Below, in pieces: positions 63,553 to 64,000 of a stretch of 64,000 nt of DNA. The first letter of the stretch is position 1. The number at the start of each line of letters is the position of its first letter. Source of the stretch: a virus (taxonomy: Duplodnaviria > Caudoviricetes); the IMG/VR virus record IMGVR_UViG_2863231158_000003; one strand, written 5' to 3'. Below the pieces are notes generated by a model. It saw only the letters and a list, made by a program, of their open reading frames with translations, made no database searches and had not been told where the DNA came from. The position numbers were made by a program, and so were the translations under genes.

Positions 63553-64000
63553 TCAGAGCCTGCGCCACGCCTTGGTGATCCATCGAACGTTGAGGGGGTC
63601 GTATCCCGGGTCTGCGTCGAGTTTCCGCAGGTGGGTGTATTGGCCGCGGGTGGTGGTCCAGAGGTCGCCGCAGCGGATGCGTTGCCATTCGTCGGCGATA
63701 GGCCACTTGCCGAGTTGGGTGAGCATGCCGTTGCGCCAGCCGGGCCAGGTCCACCTGCTGACCCAGCCGCTGGCGCGGAGCTGGAGTTCGTCTTCGCAGA
63801 GGCGGAGGTAGAGGCGGGCCACGCGCCGGTCCCCGTCGCTGGTCTTGCGGTTCCGTTGGCCGACGAGGGCGGCCGAGGGTAGCCGATCGAGGATCTCCCA
63901 GTAGTGCTGGAGGTATACGTCCTCGACTTCTTTGATGCGGGCTCGCATGGCACTCGCAAGGCCGAAGATCAAACCGAGGGCGGCGATTCCGAGGGCGATG
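63553..64000 (-). CDS. Membrane-anchored hypothetical protein, 5' end outside the window
   Basis: TM segment then YWEILD...YLRLCEDEL.LR..G...W..W..G. Confidence 0.65.
   Translation of the reverse strand, partial: IALGIAALGLIFGLASAMRARIKEVEDVYLQHYWEILDRLPSAALVGQRNRKTSDGDRRVARLYLRLCEDELQLRASGWVSRWTWPGWRNGMLTQLGKWPIADEWQRIRCGDLWTTTRGQYTHLRKLDADPGYDPLNVRWITKAWRRL

Larger units (their letters stand above)
1..64000. mobile_element. Temperate siphovirus prophage or phage-plasmid with a TraB-type conjugation module; boundaries not visible in the window
   Basis: Contiguous terminase-portal-capsid-tail-lysis genes, TraB/Spd/GntR/Nudix region and Cre-like recombinase; no host core genes recognised. 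Confidence 0.85.

Overview
High-GC actinobacterial (Streptomyces-like) DNA. The whole window appears to be one temperate siphovirus-type element, mostly on the minus strand. No host housekeeping genes, att site or replication initiator were recognised. Left to right: (1) accessory genes, including a probably SOS-controlled DUF6233/ATP-dependent DNA ligase pair and a Cre-like tyrosine recombinase with a lox/dif-like site (1-8 kb); (2) lysis cassette (8-11 kb); (3) tail, head and packaging genes, with a -1 frameshift chaperone pair, an HNH/Phd-like insertion and a GT4 glycosyltransferase directly after the major capsid gene (11-34.6 kb); (4) a glycan cassette (GT7-like, SAM methyltransferase, NDP-sugar dehydrogenase, GT2) joined to two parallel three-gene modules built around 20-aa repeat proteins, plus a secreted GH16 (36-46.6 kb); (5) a DUF5565-like RNA ligase and regulators (47-49 kb); (6) a Streptomyces plasmid/AICE-type conjugation region: TraB with clt-like repeats, Spd/KilB-like genes, Nudix, Xis-like HTH, GntR repressors and a GIY-YIG-GntR fusion (49-62 kb). 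This suggests a conjugative phage-plasmid. Best novelty candidates are the repeat-templated, probably glycosylated fibre system and two recurring motifs at late-gene translation starts (GCCCGCGCC boxes and CUGGN-loop hairpins). All family calls are from motif recognition by eye; no searches were run.
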